A DNA stretch of 64,000 nucleotides from Candidatus Iainarchaeum sp. (GTDB taxonomy: Archaea; Iainarchaeota; Iainarchaeia; Iainarchaeales; DTGL01), in NCBI GenBank assembly GCA_026413945.1, contig JAOAJX010000003.1:21002-85001 (forward strand), in the 5' to 3' direction. A program made the position numbers and the translations under genes. The notes below the pieces were generated by a model. The model was not told the origin of the DNA, made no database searches, and was given only the letters and a program-made list of their open reading frames with translations. Below, piece by piece: positions 29,088 to 38,206 of this stretch. Each line of letters starts with the position of its first letter. The stretch's first letter is position 1.

Positions 29088-30026
29088 CTACATGCGAATT
29101 ATCATAAATGCAAGCACCAAAAGATAAATGAGCGAAAGAGAAAAAGCAAAAAGATCATAACCCACTTTAGAGGCGGCTTCTATTGCTGCACCTACAAGAA
29201 GCGAAATGACTGCTGCTGCAATTATTATAAAAGAGTCGATCGTTATGCGTTCAATCTCCTTTGTGAAAAGCTTTTTTCTCGTAACTGCAACAGATATTAA
29301 GGCCCCGCCTATTGCTCCTAAAAAGTAGCCCATAAATTCAGGGACACCATGCGGTATAAGTCCCAAAAACTTGAAATGGTCTTTTGCCATAATTGTTTGG
29401 CCAACCCATGTTCCAACAACGCTTGCGTTCCAGCCTATTAGGAAAATAGCGCCCGCGCCAAAGACAAAAGACATTATGAGCGCCACAACCAAGACCCCAA
29501 AGTTGTTTTCAAATATCAAGGAAAACCAATAAAAGAACTCACCAAAAGTCGCCTCTTCAGAATCAACAGCTTTTCCTGTTTTGGCAGCAACGTTTGCAAC
29601 ATAATCAAGCGCTTTTTGCTGTTCGCTAAAAATATATCCCTTGTTGGGTAGATAAATGCAACTTTTTGAGCTACACACTAAAGCATAATCACTCTCAGGA
29701 AGCGTCAAATACAGAATCACATACCCCGCAATTACGCCCATGGTCATATAGGAGTAAACTTGTATTAGCTCAACGTTTCTCTCAAAGAATTTCTCACAAA
29801 GCACAGGCACACGAGCTTCAGCTTTTTCTTCTCTTAAAAGGACATTGTGTATCAAAGGCATAGAGGCTATTGTTATGAATGCAATTGCAAGAAGACCGGC
29901 ATTTTCACCCCTAAAAAAAGGATATATTATAAGATTGGAGCAAACGCTTACCACTAACCCAAAAAAAAGCATCAGGTAAGGTTTCTTTATTACCTGCTTG
30001 CCGCCAAGTAGCGCTTCTAAAACCAT
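29088..30026 (-). CDS. SpoIIM (stage II sporulation protein M)-family membrane protein
   Basis: IFENN, WNASVVG, PHGVPEF, GAAIEA; multi-TM. Confidence 0.85.
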   Translation of the reverse strand: MVLEALLGGKQVIKKPYLMLFFGLVVSVCSNLIIYPFFRGENAGLLAIAFITIASMPLIHNVLLREEKAEARVPVLCEKFFERNVELIQVYSYMTMGVIAGYVILYLTLPESDYALVCSSKSCIYLPNKGYIFSEQQKALDYVANVAAKTGKAVDSEEATFGEFFYWFSLIFENNFGVLVVALIMSFVFGAGAIFLIGWNASVVGTWVGQTIMAKDHFKFLGLIPHGVPEFMGYFLGAIGGALISVAVTRKKLFTKEIERITIDSFIIIAAAVISLLVGAAIEAASKVGYDLFAFSLSLIYLLVLAFMIIRM

Positions 30027-30129
30027 TATGGCACCTTAGAATATTTTAAATATCTTTGCAATGCTATATTGAATATAACATTGTTAATTTATTAGGTTTA
30101 TGCTTTTTTTATTTCTTATGGCGATAAAA

Positions 30130-30687
30130 ATGAAGCGCATTGTTGTGCCAGGGGAAGACCTAGCAGAAGTTGAAGAATTTATCGAAGGCGAAAATACTTA
30201 TCAAGAGGGTGAAAAAGTTCGTTCCGCTGTGGTGGGATTTGCAACTTATGACAGCAAAAGCCACGAGGTTAAGGTTGTGCCCGACAAAAGGGTAAAAGTT
30301 TTCGAGATAGGCACAAAAGTTATTGGGCAGGTTGTTGCCTCCAGAAAGACACGCATACTTGTGAATATAGCCCCAATAGAATGCAATGATGAAAGAATTG
30401 TTCTGCCAAAAACGAAGGCAACTCTTTTTGTTTCAAAGATTGCTGACAGGTTTGTTAAGGAAATTAGTGAAGAGTACAAGATAGGCGATATTATTGTTGC
30501 TGAAATAGATGACATAAAGCCATATGGGCTTTACCTTCGCACCAACAAACCCAACCTTGGTGTTTTGAAAGCTTTTTGTTCGCGTTGTAGGTCACCTTTA
30601 CACTACAATAATGCTAAGCTTTTGTGCAAGAAATGCGGCTCAATAGAGCATAGAAAAATAAGTTCGGAATATTCTATTAGGGATTAA
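30130..30687 (+). CDS. csl4: Exosome RNA-binding protein Csl4
   Basis: VVPGEDL..VEEF, S1 domain IGDIIVA, Zn ribbon CSRC..CKKCG..RKIS. Confidence 0.93.
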   Translation: MKRIVVPGEDLAEVEEFIEGENTYQEGEKVRSAVVGFATYDSKSHEVKVVPDKRVKVFEIGTKVIGQVVASRKTRILVNIAPIECNDERIVLPKTKATLFVSKIADRFVKEISEEYKIGDIIVAEIDDIKPYGLYLRTNKPNLGVLKAFCSRCRSPLHYNNAKLLCKKCGSIEHRKISSEYSIRD

Positions 30688-30707
30688 TATATGTTGCATG
30701 AGGTGTT

Positions 30708-30986
30708 TTGATGGAGATTGAAATTTTGAGGATGGAGAAAGATTTGCTCGAATTCAAAATGAAAGGTGAAAGGCACACTTATCCACAGCTTCTGAAACAT
30801 TATCTTTTGAAGAATCCAGACGTCGCTTTTGCAGCTTATAAACTTGAGCATCCTCTTAACAAAGATAGCCTATTCATAGTGAAAGTAAAGAAAGGCAATC
30901 CACTTCAAGCACTAAAAGATGCAAATAAAGAGATAATCGCTGAGATTGATGAGTTTGAGCAGAAGCTTAAGGAAGCCCTTAAATAA
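30708..30986 (+). CDS. rpoL: RNA polymerase subunit L (Rpo11)
   Basis: GERHT, VAFAAYKLEHPL; follows csl4; GAGGTG SD. Confidence 0.94.
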   Translation: MMEIEILRMEKDLLEFKMKGERHTYPQLLKHYLLKNPDVAFAAYKLEHPLNKDSLFIVKVKKGNPLQALKDANKEIIAEIDEFEQKLKEALK

Positions 30987-31560
30987 TAGCGCCTGTGAAA
31001 AAAACATCAGGGCTATTGGCATAGATGATGGCTTTTTCAAACAAAAGCAGACCAGAAGCACAAGAATAGTTGCCGTTTTAATGAGAGTCGATTCTCGAAT
31101 AGAAGGAATACTTTTTTCAGATGCGGCAGTTGATGGTCTAGATTCAACACAAAAAATTGTTGAAATGCTTTCCAGCAATAGGCGTAAATTCATTGGACAA
31201 GCAAAGGCGATTTTCCTTAGCGGAATAAACTTTGCCGGATTCAACATAGTCGATACAAATGAACTTTATTCTGTGCTTAAGGTTCCTATAATTGTAGTTT
31301 TTAGAAAAAGGCCAAGAATGCAAAAAATAGCAGGAGCACTAAAACACTTTAATGACTTTGAAATAAGGGCACAGCTTATAAAAAATGCAGGCAGAATTTA
31401 TAAGGCCGAGAAAATATTTTTCCAATGTAAAGGCATAAAGCCAAAAGAAGCTTCAACTCTTATAAAGCTTTTCTCTTTGCACTCAAATCTTCCTGAGCCG
31501 GTTAGAATTGCACATCTCGTTGCAAGCGCATCCACACTTGGAAGAAGCACTTCGCCTTAA
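30946..31560 (+). CDS. DUF99 / endonuclease dU (EndoV-like) family; start ambiguous
   Basis: IGIDDG, VDGLDST, GINFAGFNIVD, LPEPVRIAHLVAS. Confidence 0.9.
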   Translation: MMSLSRSLRKPLNNSACEKNIRAIGIDDGFFKQKQTRSTRIVAVLMRVDSRIEGILFSDAAVDGLDSTQKIVEMLSSNRRKFIGQAKAIFLSGINFAGFNIVDTNELYSVLKVPIIVVFRKRPRMQKIAGALKHFNDFEIRAQLIKNAGRIYKAEKIFFQCKGIKPKEASTLIKLFSLHSNLPEPVRIAHLVASASTLGRSTSP

Positions 31561-31593
31561 ATTTTTGATGTTATAATTATTTGCTGTGATTGT

Positions 31594-32463
31594 ATGTCCT
31601 CGAGGGAAAAGATTAGGCCTGGAAGGAAATTAAAAAAAGAGAAGGGCAAAAGCAGAATATTGCTTGAAAGAATTACTAATAAGTTGAAATGGATTGATCC
31701 TTTCACTTATACTGATATATTTCTAGAGAAAATTGGACATAAGAAAAATAAGCTCGTTGCATGGCCTGTTGAGATCTTGGTTGCTTTCATTACCGCTTGG
31801 CTTTTATACCTAATATTCGGCTTTTTGCTTGGCACAAAGACACCCGCTGTGGTAGTGGTAAGCGGCTCAATGATACCAACCTTCTACAGGGGTGATATAA
31901 TGGTTTTGCAAGGTGCCACTTATAATTCCTTAAAAGCACCTGAAATTATTATCAACGAGAATATTGCTGGAAAACGCATCCGTGAATACGCTGTTTCATA
32001 CTGTTCTCTTAGCAATAGCGATGAGCTTGTTGAATGCTCAAAATACTTTTTGCAAAGATGCAAAAGTGGGATTAAAACAAAAAAAGTTTGCATTATAAAC
32101 ACAGGCGAATGCGTTGAAATTGGCAAAGATGGGGATATTGTTGTTTATTTTTCTGATACGCTTCGCGAGCCAATAATACATCGCGTTGTTGTCAAGATTA
32201 AAGCAAAGGATGGCAATTTTGTTCTTACGAAAGGCGATAACGCCAACACAAATTGTTTCCTTGACCAAGATGGCGGCATAGCAAGTAGTGCTGTTCCTAT
32301 CGAATTACTTGATGGCAAAACTGTTTTTATGGTGCCTTACCTCGGCTATATCAAGCTTTTACTCATGGATGATCTCCCTTGCGTAATAAGCAACCTTATA
32401 AAGTCAGGCAAATATGATATTTGCACAAGATACTGGCCTGATGGCCGTCTTGGCTTTGGTTAA
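31594..32463 (+). CDS. Signal peptidase I (Sec11-type)
   Basis: VVVSGSMIPTFYRGD, IIHRVV, TKGDNA, VPYLGY. Confidence 0.92.
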   Translation: MSSREKIRPGRKLKKEKGKSRILLERITNKLKWIDPFTYTDIFLEKIGHKKNKLVAWPVEILVAFITAWLLYLIFGFLLGTKTPAVVVVSGSMIPTFYRGDIMVLQGATYNSLKAPEIIINENIAGKRIREYAVSYCSLSNSDELVECSKYFLQRCKSGIKTKKVCIINTGECVEIGKDGDIVVYFSDTLREPIIHRVVVKIKAKDGNFVLTKGDNANTNCFLDQDGGIASSAVPIELLDGKTVFMVPYLGYIKLLLMDDLPCVISNLIKSGKYDICTRYWPDGRLGFG

Positions 32464-32506
32464 GAAAAATGCTACTTTTTTAAACCTAAACTTTGTATTT
32501 TTTTAC

Positions 32507-33190
32507 ATGGTTACTGCTAGTGAGCTCATGGAGATTGGCTTTACTGAAGAACAGGCAAAATCACTTCTAGAAAATGATTACTTCAAGAAGCAGTATTGTC
32601 CATGGACAAAGGAGCGCCTAACAGTCAAAATAAATCTCATAATTTCATTTTATGGAATAAAAAATGCACAAAAAGTTTTTAGCGCAGTTTCACAATATCC
32701 GCAATTCCTTAGCACCGATCATGAAAAAGCACTCCTAAAAATCAATGAATTTATACCACAGCTCAAAAAAAACAAAATAGCGGAGCTTATTCTGGCAAAC
32801 CCTTACTTAGTTTCAATGGACTGCAAGAAAGCATTTTCGTCAGCTTTAAAGGTTTATGGCAAGGAAAATGCCCCTGATGTTTTGCTATCTCTCCTTACGT
32901 TTCCTGGCTTCTCAAGGAAAAACCATAAAAAGAATCTCCAGAAGCTTCTTAAGATTTATGGTGATGAGTACAAACAAAGCATAATTCAAGCAATGCTTCG
33001 CGTTCCAGATTTTCCAAACTTCAATCACAAAGAAGCTATAAAAAAAGTCTTTAGGGAAGGCAAGGCAGCCGGGCTAACTGATAAGCAGTGTGTTGAGATT
33101 CTTCTTAATATTGGTGCAAAGGCTGATTTTTCGCTAAAGAGTGCAAAAGAAGCAAAAGCAGCATTTGAAAAGATTGTTTCAGCGGAATGA
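32507..33190 (+). CDS. Hypothetical protein with four 34-aa helical (mTERF-like) repeats
   Basis: Likely start ATG 32507 (track 32414); repeat period visible in the translation. Confidence 0.7.
   Translation: MVTASELMEIGFTEEQAKSLLENDYFKKQYCPWTKERLTVKINLIISFYGIKNAQKVFSAVSQYPQFLSTDHEKALLKINEFIPQLKKNKIAELILANPYLVSMDCKKAFSSALKVYGKENAPDVLLSLLTFPGFSRKNHKKNLQKLLKIYGDEYKQSIIQAMLRVPDFPNFNHKEAIKKVFREGKAAGLTDKQCVEILLNIGAKADFSLKSAKEAKAAFEKIVSAE
32627..33034 (+). repeat. Four tandem degenerate 34-codon protein repeats
   Basis: KINLIISFYG..QYPQFLSTDHEK / ALLKINEFIP..ANPYLVSMDCKK / AFSSALKVYG..TFPGFSRKNHKK / NLQKLLKIYG..RVPDFPNFNHKE; Pro at position 25 in all four. Confidence 0.8.
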
Positions 33191-33234
33191 AGCTTAGCAA
33201 TCCCTTTTTAAAAGAATTTAGCGAACCACTTTTT

Positions 33235-33621
33235 ATGGCTCAACAGGATCCATTGGCAGATTTTGAGGAAAATTTTGAGATTGGTACTGAAAAGCAATTT
33301 AAGAGAACTCCCGCAAAGGAATGCTACTTAAATGAGATAACAGGCAGCGAGCGCAGGATTGCGGCAATTGTTAGTATTATTTCTCTGAACCCCGAAGCAA
33401 AAACCGTGCTTGTATCTGATGGTACTGCAGAAGCAATTGCAATTTGCGAAAGATCTGAAATTTTTAGCCGCTTTAAAAAAGGAGCCATCATGCGGATAAT
33501 TGCAAACCCATTGAGCACAGCACCCATAAAGCTGAACCTCGAGATAGCACAAGAATTAAAAGATTTTGATGCTAATCTATTCAGAAAAGTAAAACAAGAG
33601 TGGGGAAAATTAAGGCAATGA
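33235..33621 (+). CDS. Small OB-fold protein, RPA14/Rpa3-like
   Basis: KRTPAKE..I....R.....I......V.VSDGTAE pattern of archaeal small RPA subunits; next to PCNA (track start 33187). Confidence 0.72.
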   Translation: MAQQDPLADFEENFEIGTEKQFKRTPAKECYLNEITGSERRIAAIVSIISLNPEAKTVLVSDGTAEAIAICERSEIFSRFKKGAIMRIIANPLSTAPIKLNLEIAQELKDFDANLFRKVKQEWGKLRQ

Positions 33622-33622
33622 G

Positions 33623-34378
33623 GTGATTTATATAAGACTTGTATTTGAGAATGCAAATGCATTCAGGAAGAACATCGAGGCAATAGCAGCCTTGATTGAT
33701 GAAGCCGAGTTTATCGTAAGTGAAAAAGGCTTAACACTCAAAGCAACGGACCCGAGCCAAATAGCAATGGTTGACTTTGAAATGCCTAAAAACTCATTTA
33801 AGGAATTTCAAGTTGATAAGGAATTAAAGCTCGGGGCTGATATGGACTACTTCAGGCAGATAATGTCAAGGGCAAAGGCAGATGATGTTATCGTGCTTGA
33901 AATTGGTGCAGATAAAGCCGCCCTTTCTATAAAATTTCTAGGTAAATCCTCAAGAAGTTTTTCAATGCCTTTGATTGACGTTTCAAAAGGCCAAATCCCA
34001 AATCCAAAAATAGAGTTTGAAGCTGAGCTTTCTTTGAAAGCCGGGCTCATTCAAGACTCTTTGAAGGACGCAGAAATACTCTCAGCCCACATAATCTTTG
34101 GAGTTAGAAACGGAATCTTTTATGTATCTGCAAACAGCAGCAGAGGAACATTTGCCCACGAGGTTCAAAAAAACGATAGCTCAATTAAAAAGTTTGAAGC
34201 GACTAAAGATTGTAAAGCAATGTTTCCGCTTGACTATCTCAAAAATATGCTGAAAGTCCTTTCTAGCGAAGACGAGCTGAAACTTTTTCTAAAAAGTGAT
34301 GCGCCACTCAAGCTCGAGTTTATGAATGAAAAGGCAAGAATAACGTATTATCTCGCGCCAAGGATTGATGTTGAGTAG
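33623..34378 (+). CDS. pcn: PCNA sliding clamp (copy 1, canonical)
   Basis: LIDEAEF, LKATDPSQIAMV, PLID, FPLDYL, YYLAPRI. Confidence 0.96.
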   Translation: MIYIRLVFENANAFRKNIEAIAALIDEAEFIVSEKGLTLKATDPSQIAMVDFEMPKNSFKEFQVDKELKLGADMDYFRQIMSRAKADDVIVLEIGADKAALSIKFLGKSSRSFSMPLIDVSKGQIPNPKIEFEAELSLKAGLIQDSLKDAEILSAHIIFGVRNGIFYVSANSSRGTFAHEVQKNDSSIKKFEATKDCKAMFPLDYLKNMLKVLSSEDELKLFLKSDAPLKLEFMNEKARITYYLAPRIDVE

Positions 34379-34395
34379 CTTTCAGTTGAATGCAA

Positions 34396-35274
34396 TCAGA
34401 GTGCTATTAATGCTACTCCCACGGCGGCAAGTAATGCACCCAATGCTTTTAATTTGAGGCTTTCTTTGCTAAAATCCTCTTTAAAAAAATTTGGCAATAA
34501 GCTGCTTAAAGCATAAGATAAACTAAAAACTATGATGGGTTGTATGCCGCCAACAGCACCTATGAGAGCTGCTTCTGCCATATGCAATGAATTTAATCTG
34601 AGAATGTGCCCAAATAAAAAGCAAACTTGGCTTGCAAATGCAATTTTTATTAGTTTTGGCTTTTCCCTAAAATTTTCAAAAAGTTTTTTCAGATAAATTG
34701 GCGAAAATGCTGTTATCGCCAAAACAGCAATTATCATATTCCATAAGAAAACACTCCATGCATCATATTTTTGAAGCACGGACTTAAGAGTTATGAAATA
34801 TATTGCAAAAATAAATGAGCTTGCTGTAGCAGCGATTGACCAGCGATCAAACTTTAGCCCACTTTTTTTTGAAACAAGCAGTGAAGCCGTAACTATGCTA
34901 ATTACACCTAAAACTTTAACTGCACTTGGCCTTTCTCCTAGAAAAATTATGGCTAATATCATTATGAATACTGGTGCAGTTTGCAGCACAACAATAATGC
35001 GAGAGGCTTCAGATTTTTGCATTATCTTGTAATAAAGAGCACCACCCACCATGCCAAGAAGAGTTGCGATTGATAGTGCTAAAAATGACTCTCCATCCAA
35101 CATTGCTGGCGGCCATATAATAGTTAAAATTGCCAGAATTGGGGCCATAAGAATATTACATGCAGCAATGCTCAAAAGTGGGTTTTTAGTGTATCTGTCA
35201 ACAAGAATTTTATCAAATATGTTTGCAAATGAGAAGAAAAATATTGCGGAAATAATAAGTAATAGCCAAAGCAT
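34396..35274 (-). CDS. EamA/DMT family transporter
   Basis: About 10 TM in two repeats; SEASRI..., IFLGER. Confidence 0.88.
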   Translation of the reverse strand: MLWLLLIISAIFFFSFANIFDKILVDRYTKNPLLSIAACNILMAPILAILTIIWPPAMLDGESFLALSIATLLGMVGGALYYKIMQKSEASRIIVVLQTAPVFIMILAIIFLGERPSAVKVLGVISIVTASLLVSKKSGLKFDRWSIAATASSFIFAIYFITLKSVLQKYDAWSVFLWNMIIAVLAITAFSPIYLKKLFENFREKPKLIKIAFASQVCFLFGHILRLNSLHMAEAALIGAVGGIQPIIVFSLSYALSSLLPNFFKEDFSKESLKLKALGALLAAVGVALIAL

Positions 35275-35384
35275 TATTCTTGCTATAATGGAAAGGTTTA
35301 TATATTTTAAAGCCGTTGCTATTTTTCAAAAGCAGGGAAACAATTTAAATTCTTCTCACCCTATTCTTAATAGGCGGTGTTGGG

Positions 35385-36107
35385 ATGATACAGGTTTCGA
35401 AAGTCCAGCCTTTTCAAGCAGCAATTCGTGCAGTTGCAAGCTTTATATCTGAAGCGAATTTCAGGTTCAACGAAAATGGTCTTTCTCTAAAAGCCATAGA
35501 TCCAAGCCAGATAGTGCTAGTAAGCTATACTGCGCCAAAGGATTTTTTCAGCAAGTTTTCCGTTGAACCAGCGCTAATCGGCTTAGATATGGAAGAGCTC
35601 AATAAGGTTGTAAAAAGGGCATCATTAACAGATACCCTTTCCATAAGCATTGAAGACTCCTTCTTGAGCATTTCTGTTTCTGGGACGCTTGAAAGGACAT
35701 TTAAGTTGCCGCTTATTGATGTGCTTGAAGAAGATCCAGAAATACCAGAAATACAGCACGATGCGAAGATTGAAATACAGGCACGCCTTCTTCAAGAAGC
35801 TCTGAAGGATGCTGCGCTTTTCGAGAGTAGCGTTGTTTTGCGGGTTGAGAACTCAAAGCTTTTCATTGAAGCGAGAGGATCTCACGGAATGCTTAAAACA
35901 GAAGCAAAGCATCAGGATCTTGTGAAAGTAAAGGCAAAAGCAAACGTTGTTGGAAAATATTCCCTTAATTTCCTTGAAAACATTGTAAGGGAAGCTGATC
36001 CGAACGAAATGATAACAATGGAGCTCAAAAACGAGACACCAATGAAAATAAGCTACAATATAGGCTCAACCAAAATACAATTTTACCTAGCACACATGAT
36101 TTTGTAG
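35385..36107 (+). CDS. pcn: PCNA sliding clamp (copy 2, divergent C-terminus)
   Basis: FISEANF, LKAIDPSQIVLV, LPLIDV, YSLNFL, FYLAHMIL. Confidence 0.93.
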   Translation: MIQVSKVQPFQAAIRAVASFISEANFRFNENGLSLKAIDPSQIVLVSYTAPKDFFSKFSVEPALIGLDMEELNKVVKRASLTDTLSISIEDSFLSISVSGTLERTFKLPLIDVLEEDPEIPEIQHDAKIEIQARLLQEALKDAALFESSVVLRVENSKLFIEARGSHGMLKTEAKHQDLVKVKAKANVVGKYSLNFLENIVREADPNEMITMELKNETPMKISYNIGSTKIQFYLAHMIL

Positions 36108-36110
36108 TTT

Positions 36111-37058
36111 CTAATGCAAGCGGCGGATTCTTTTGCCCAATTGCCTCTGTGTTCTTCCTGCAAAGAAACTCTTTTCTTCGGCACTCATTCCCTTGATTTT
36201 TGATAGGAGTCCACTCCATATGATGCCTTCCGAACATTTTAGGCCTAATCTTTTAGCAATTTCTTTTTTTGTTTGTTCAGTAGCATGATGTATTTTTCTT
36301 GAAATCTCTATTTCTTGGTCTGGTGTGCCACTGCTGCCATATGCCGCACTAATTCTTTGCATGACTTTACCAAAATCAAAAGTTGCTGCTGTCCTTACGT
36401 TTGCTGTCCTTTTTACAATCTCGTCTGGCCTCATTAACGTGAGCACATGGCGAAGATTTGCCCGTGTTTTAGCTGCTTTTTTGCCGCCACCACAGAGTTT
36501 CCTCAAAAATAGCAGTACTTTATCTTTTGAGACATGCCTTTCCTGGAAATGCAACAAATGACTTAAATAAGCAATATCGTCAATTCTTCTATGCCATGGC
36601 CTTGTTGGCGAAGCTGCGCCAAAAATCAGCTTTGCAACAAGGAAGTTTATATCTGGCAATATTACTATAAACTTGCCTGCGCTTTTTGTTTCAACAGGCA
36701 CCCTTAAGACAGGCACTTTGACGTCAGTAGCTTCAACATGTATGTAAATAGCTTCTTTGCCACCAATTTTGCACTCGAAAACGCACCTTCTTGGCTGCGT
36801 GTCAGAATGCCCTTTCAGCTCCCTGAATTTTGGCAAGCCTATTGTTCTTGCAATCTCATTCAAAACTTTTAATGCTTCATCTGGTTTGCCACTATAAAAC
36901 ATAGTGAAATCGAGGTCGTTTTCCCTTCTTTTTCTAAATTGCTCTGGCAGGTAAAGACCTATTGCAAGACCACCGCTTAACGCTAACCCCTTGTTTGATG
37001 CTGCTTTGACTAACAATGCAACTTCTTCCAGACTTATGCTCTTTGGTTGGGTTTCCAT
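36111..37058 (-). CDS. Pol-beta superfamily nucleotidyltransferase (AbiEii/DUF6036-like)
   Basis: LSGGLA...RR.NDLDF catalytic motif, LVAKL, R..DD. Confidence 0.68.
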   Translation of the reverse strand: METQPKSISLEEVALLVKAASNKGLALSGGLAIGLYLPEQFRKRRENDLDFTMFYSGKPDEALKVLNEIARTIGLPKFRELKGHSDTQPRRCVFECKIGGKEAIYIHVEATDVKVPVLRVPVETKSAGKFIVILPDINFLVAKLIFGAASPTRPWHRRIDDIAYLSHLLHFQERHVSKDKVLLFLRKLCGGGKKAAKTRANLRHVLTLMRPDEIVKRTANVRTAATFDFGKVMQRISAAYGSSGTPDQEIEISRKIHHATEQTKKEIAKRLGLKCSEGIIWSGLLSKIKGMSAEEKSFFAGRTQRQLGKRIRRLH

Positions 37059-37183
37059 AGGTAAGAATTACTTTGCTACCACTTAAATTTTTTTTGTTTA
37101 TCTTCTTAACATCAAACCTCTGCGGAAGTTAGAGGAAGCTAAGCCTAAAAGCTTTTAAAACAAGTTTGTTGGTGAAGCTTTTT

Positions 37184-38206
37184 ATGGTAGATTTCCCCCT
37201 GGAGGAACTATTTTTCTGTGCTCGTTATCCATATTCCGAGAGAGCAAAGAAAATTGTCAAACGCTTGAACCCATCTCTTGATGAGCTCGACTCAGCAACA
37301 AAAGGGCTTGCTAAGTCAATCCTACAAAAAGCTCTAATTGGTAAACCATACGATGTGCCTTTTCAAGACCGCGAGTCATTAAAGAGTGCTGTGATTGCGT
37401 ATCATGTTGCCAAGATAATGGTTTCAACTCTGGGAAATCACAAGTATTATTTCTACTTTTCACGCTCTATGCAGAGAGGCACGCTGAACTTTATAGAAAA
37501 ATCAAAAAAAGCTTCAGCTATAAGCCCTGACATAGAGGAGCTTGCAGATGATTTTGGCTTGAAATTTTATACAAAAGAAATGTCTGGCAAAACTTATTTT
37601 GAGCTCTCCGTCGTTGATTTCTTGAGTGCGCCTAGCAAAGAAGAGTCGCTTAAGCTAATAAATCAAAACATTTTTCAAGGAAAGATATGGCTGGATGAAA
37701 ACCGATTTTCAAGGTTTCTCTCTGAGAAAGCAATGAGCACAGTTTTATCCTCCCTTCCGGTAAGTAGTGTTGCAACAAAAGAAATACAAGAACTTGCTGT
37801 TGAAGCGCTAAAAGATTCAGTAATTAGCAGAAAGGAATCTTCCGCACTTGGCACGGATCTTCAGGCAATGCCGCCCTGCATGGAGCGTCTTTATTCAGAT
37901 CTTACTTCAGGGAATAAGCTTTCACATATGGAAAACTTTGCTCTTGCAGCATTTCTTGCAGCCATAGGTCTTTCTGAGGAAAAGATTTTGCAAGCATTTT
38001 CCCATGCGCCAAACTACGATGAAAAGGTTGCAAGGTATCATATTTCAAGAATTTTACGCGGAAAGCAAGGTAGAAATTATTTGCCTTTATCTTGTGCCAA
38101 GATGCAAAGCTATGGCTTCTGCATCGCAAACTGCAATGTCAAGAACCCACTGAATTATTACCGCAATGCCCTCAAATCAAAAGGTGGTGCTGTTGGCAGA
38201 ACTTAG
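37184..38206 (+). CDS. priL: DNA primase large subunit
   Basis: ARYPY, MPPCM, PNYDEKVARYHI, SC.KM...FC..C; GGTGA SD before ATG 37184. Confidence 0.93.
   Translation: MVDFPLEELFFCARYPYSERAKKIVKRLNPSLDELDSATKGLAKSILQKALIGKPYDVPFQDRESLKSAVIAYHVAKIMVSTLGNHKYYFYFSRSMQRGTLNFIEKSKKASAISPDIEELADDFGLKFYTKEMSGKTYFELSVVDFLSAPSKEESLKLINQNIFQGKIWLDENRFSRFLSEKAMSTVLSSLPVSSVATKEIQELAVEALKDSVISRKESSALGTDLQAMPPCMERLYSDLTSGNKLSHMENFALAAFLAAIGLSEEKILQAFSHAPNYDEKVARYHISRILRGKQGRNYLPLSCAKMQSYGFCIANCNVKNPLNYYRNALKSKGGAVGRT

Noticed and set aside
28106-30026. SPFH and SpoIIM genes as a functional module
   Set aside because: Convergent orientation, no NfeD or MoxR partners nearby; no support from sequence
37095-37140. 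Short inverted repeat CCTCT...AGAGG between the NTase and priL
   Set aside because: Only 5 bp; chance level
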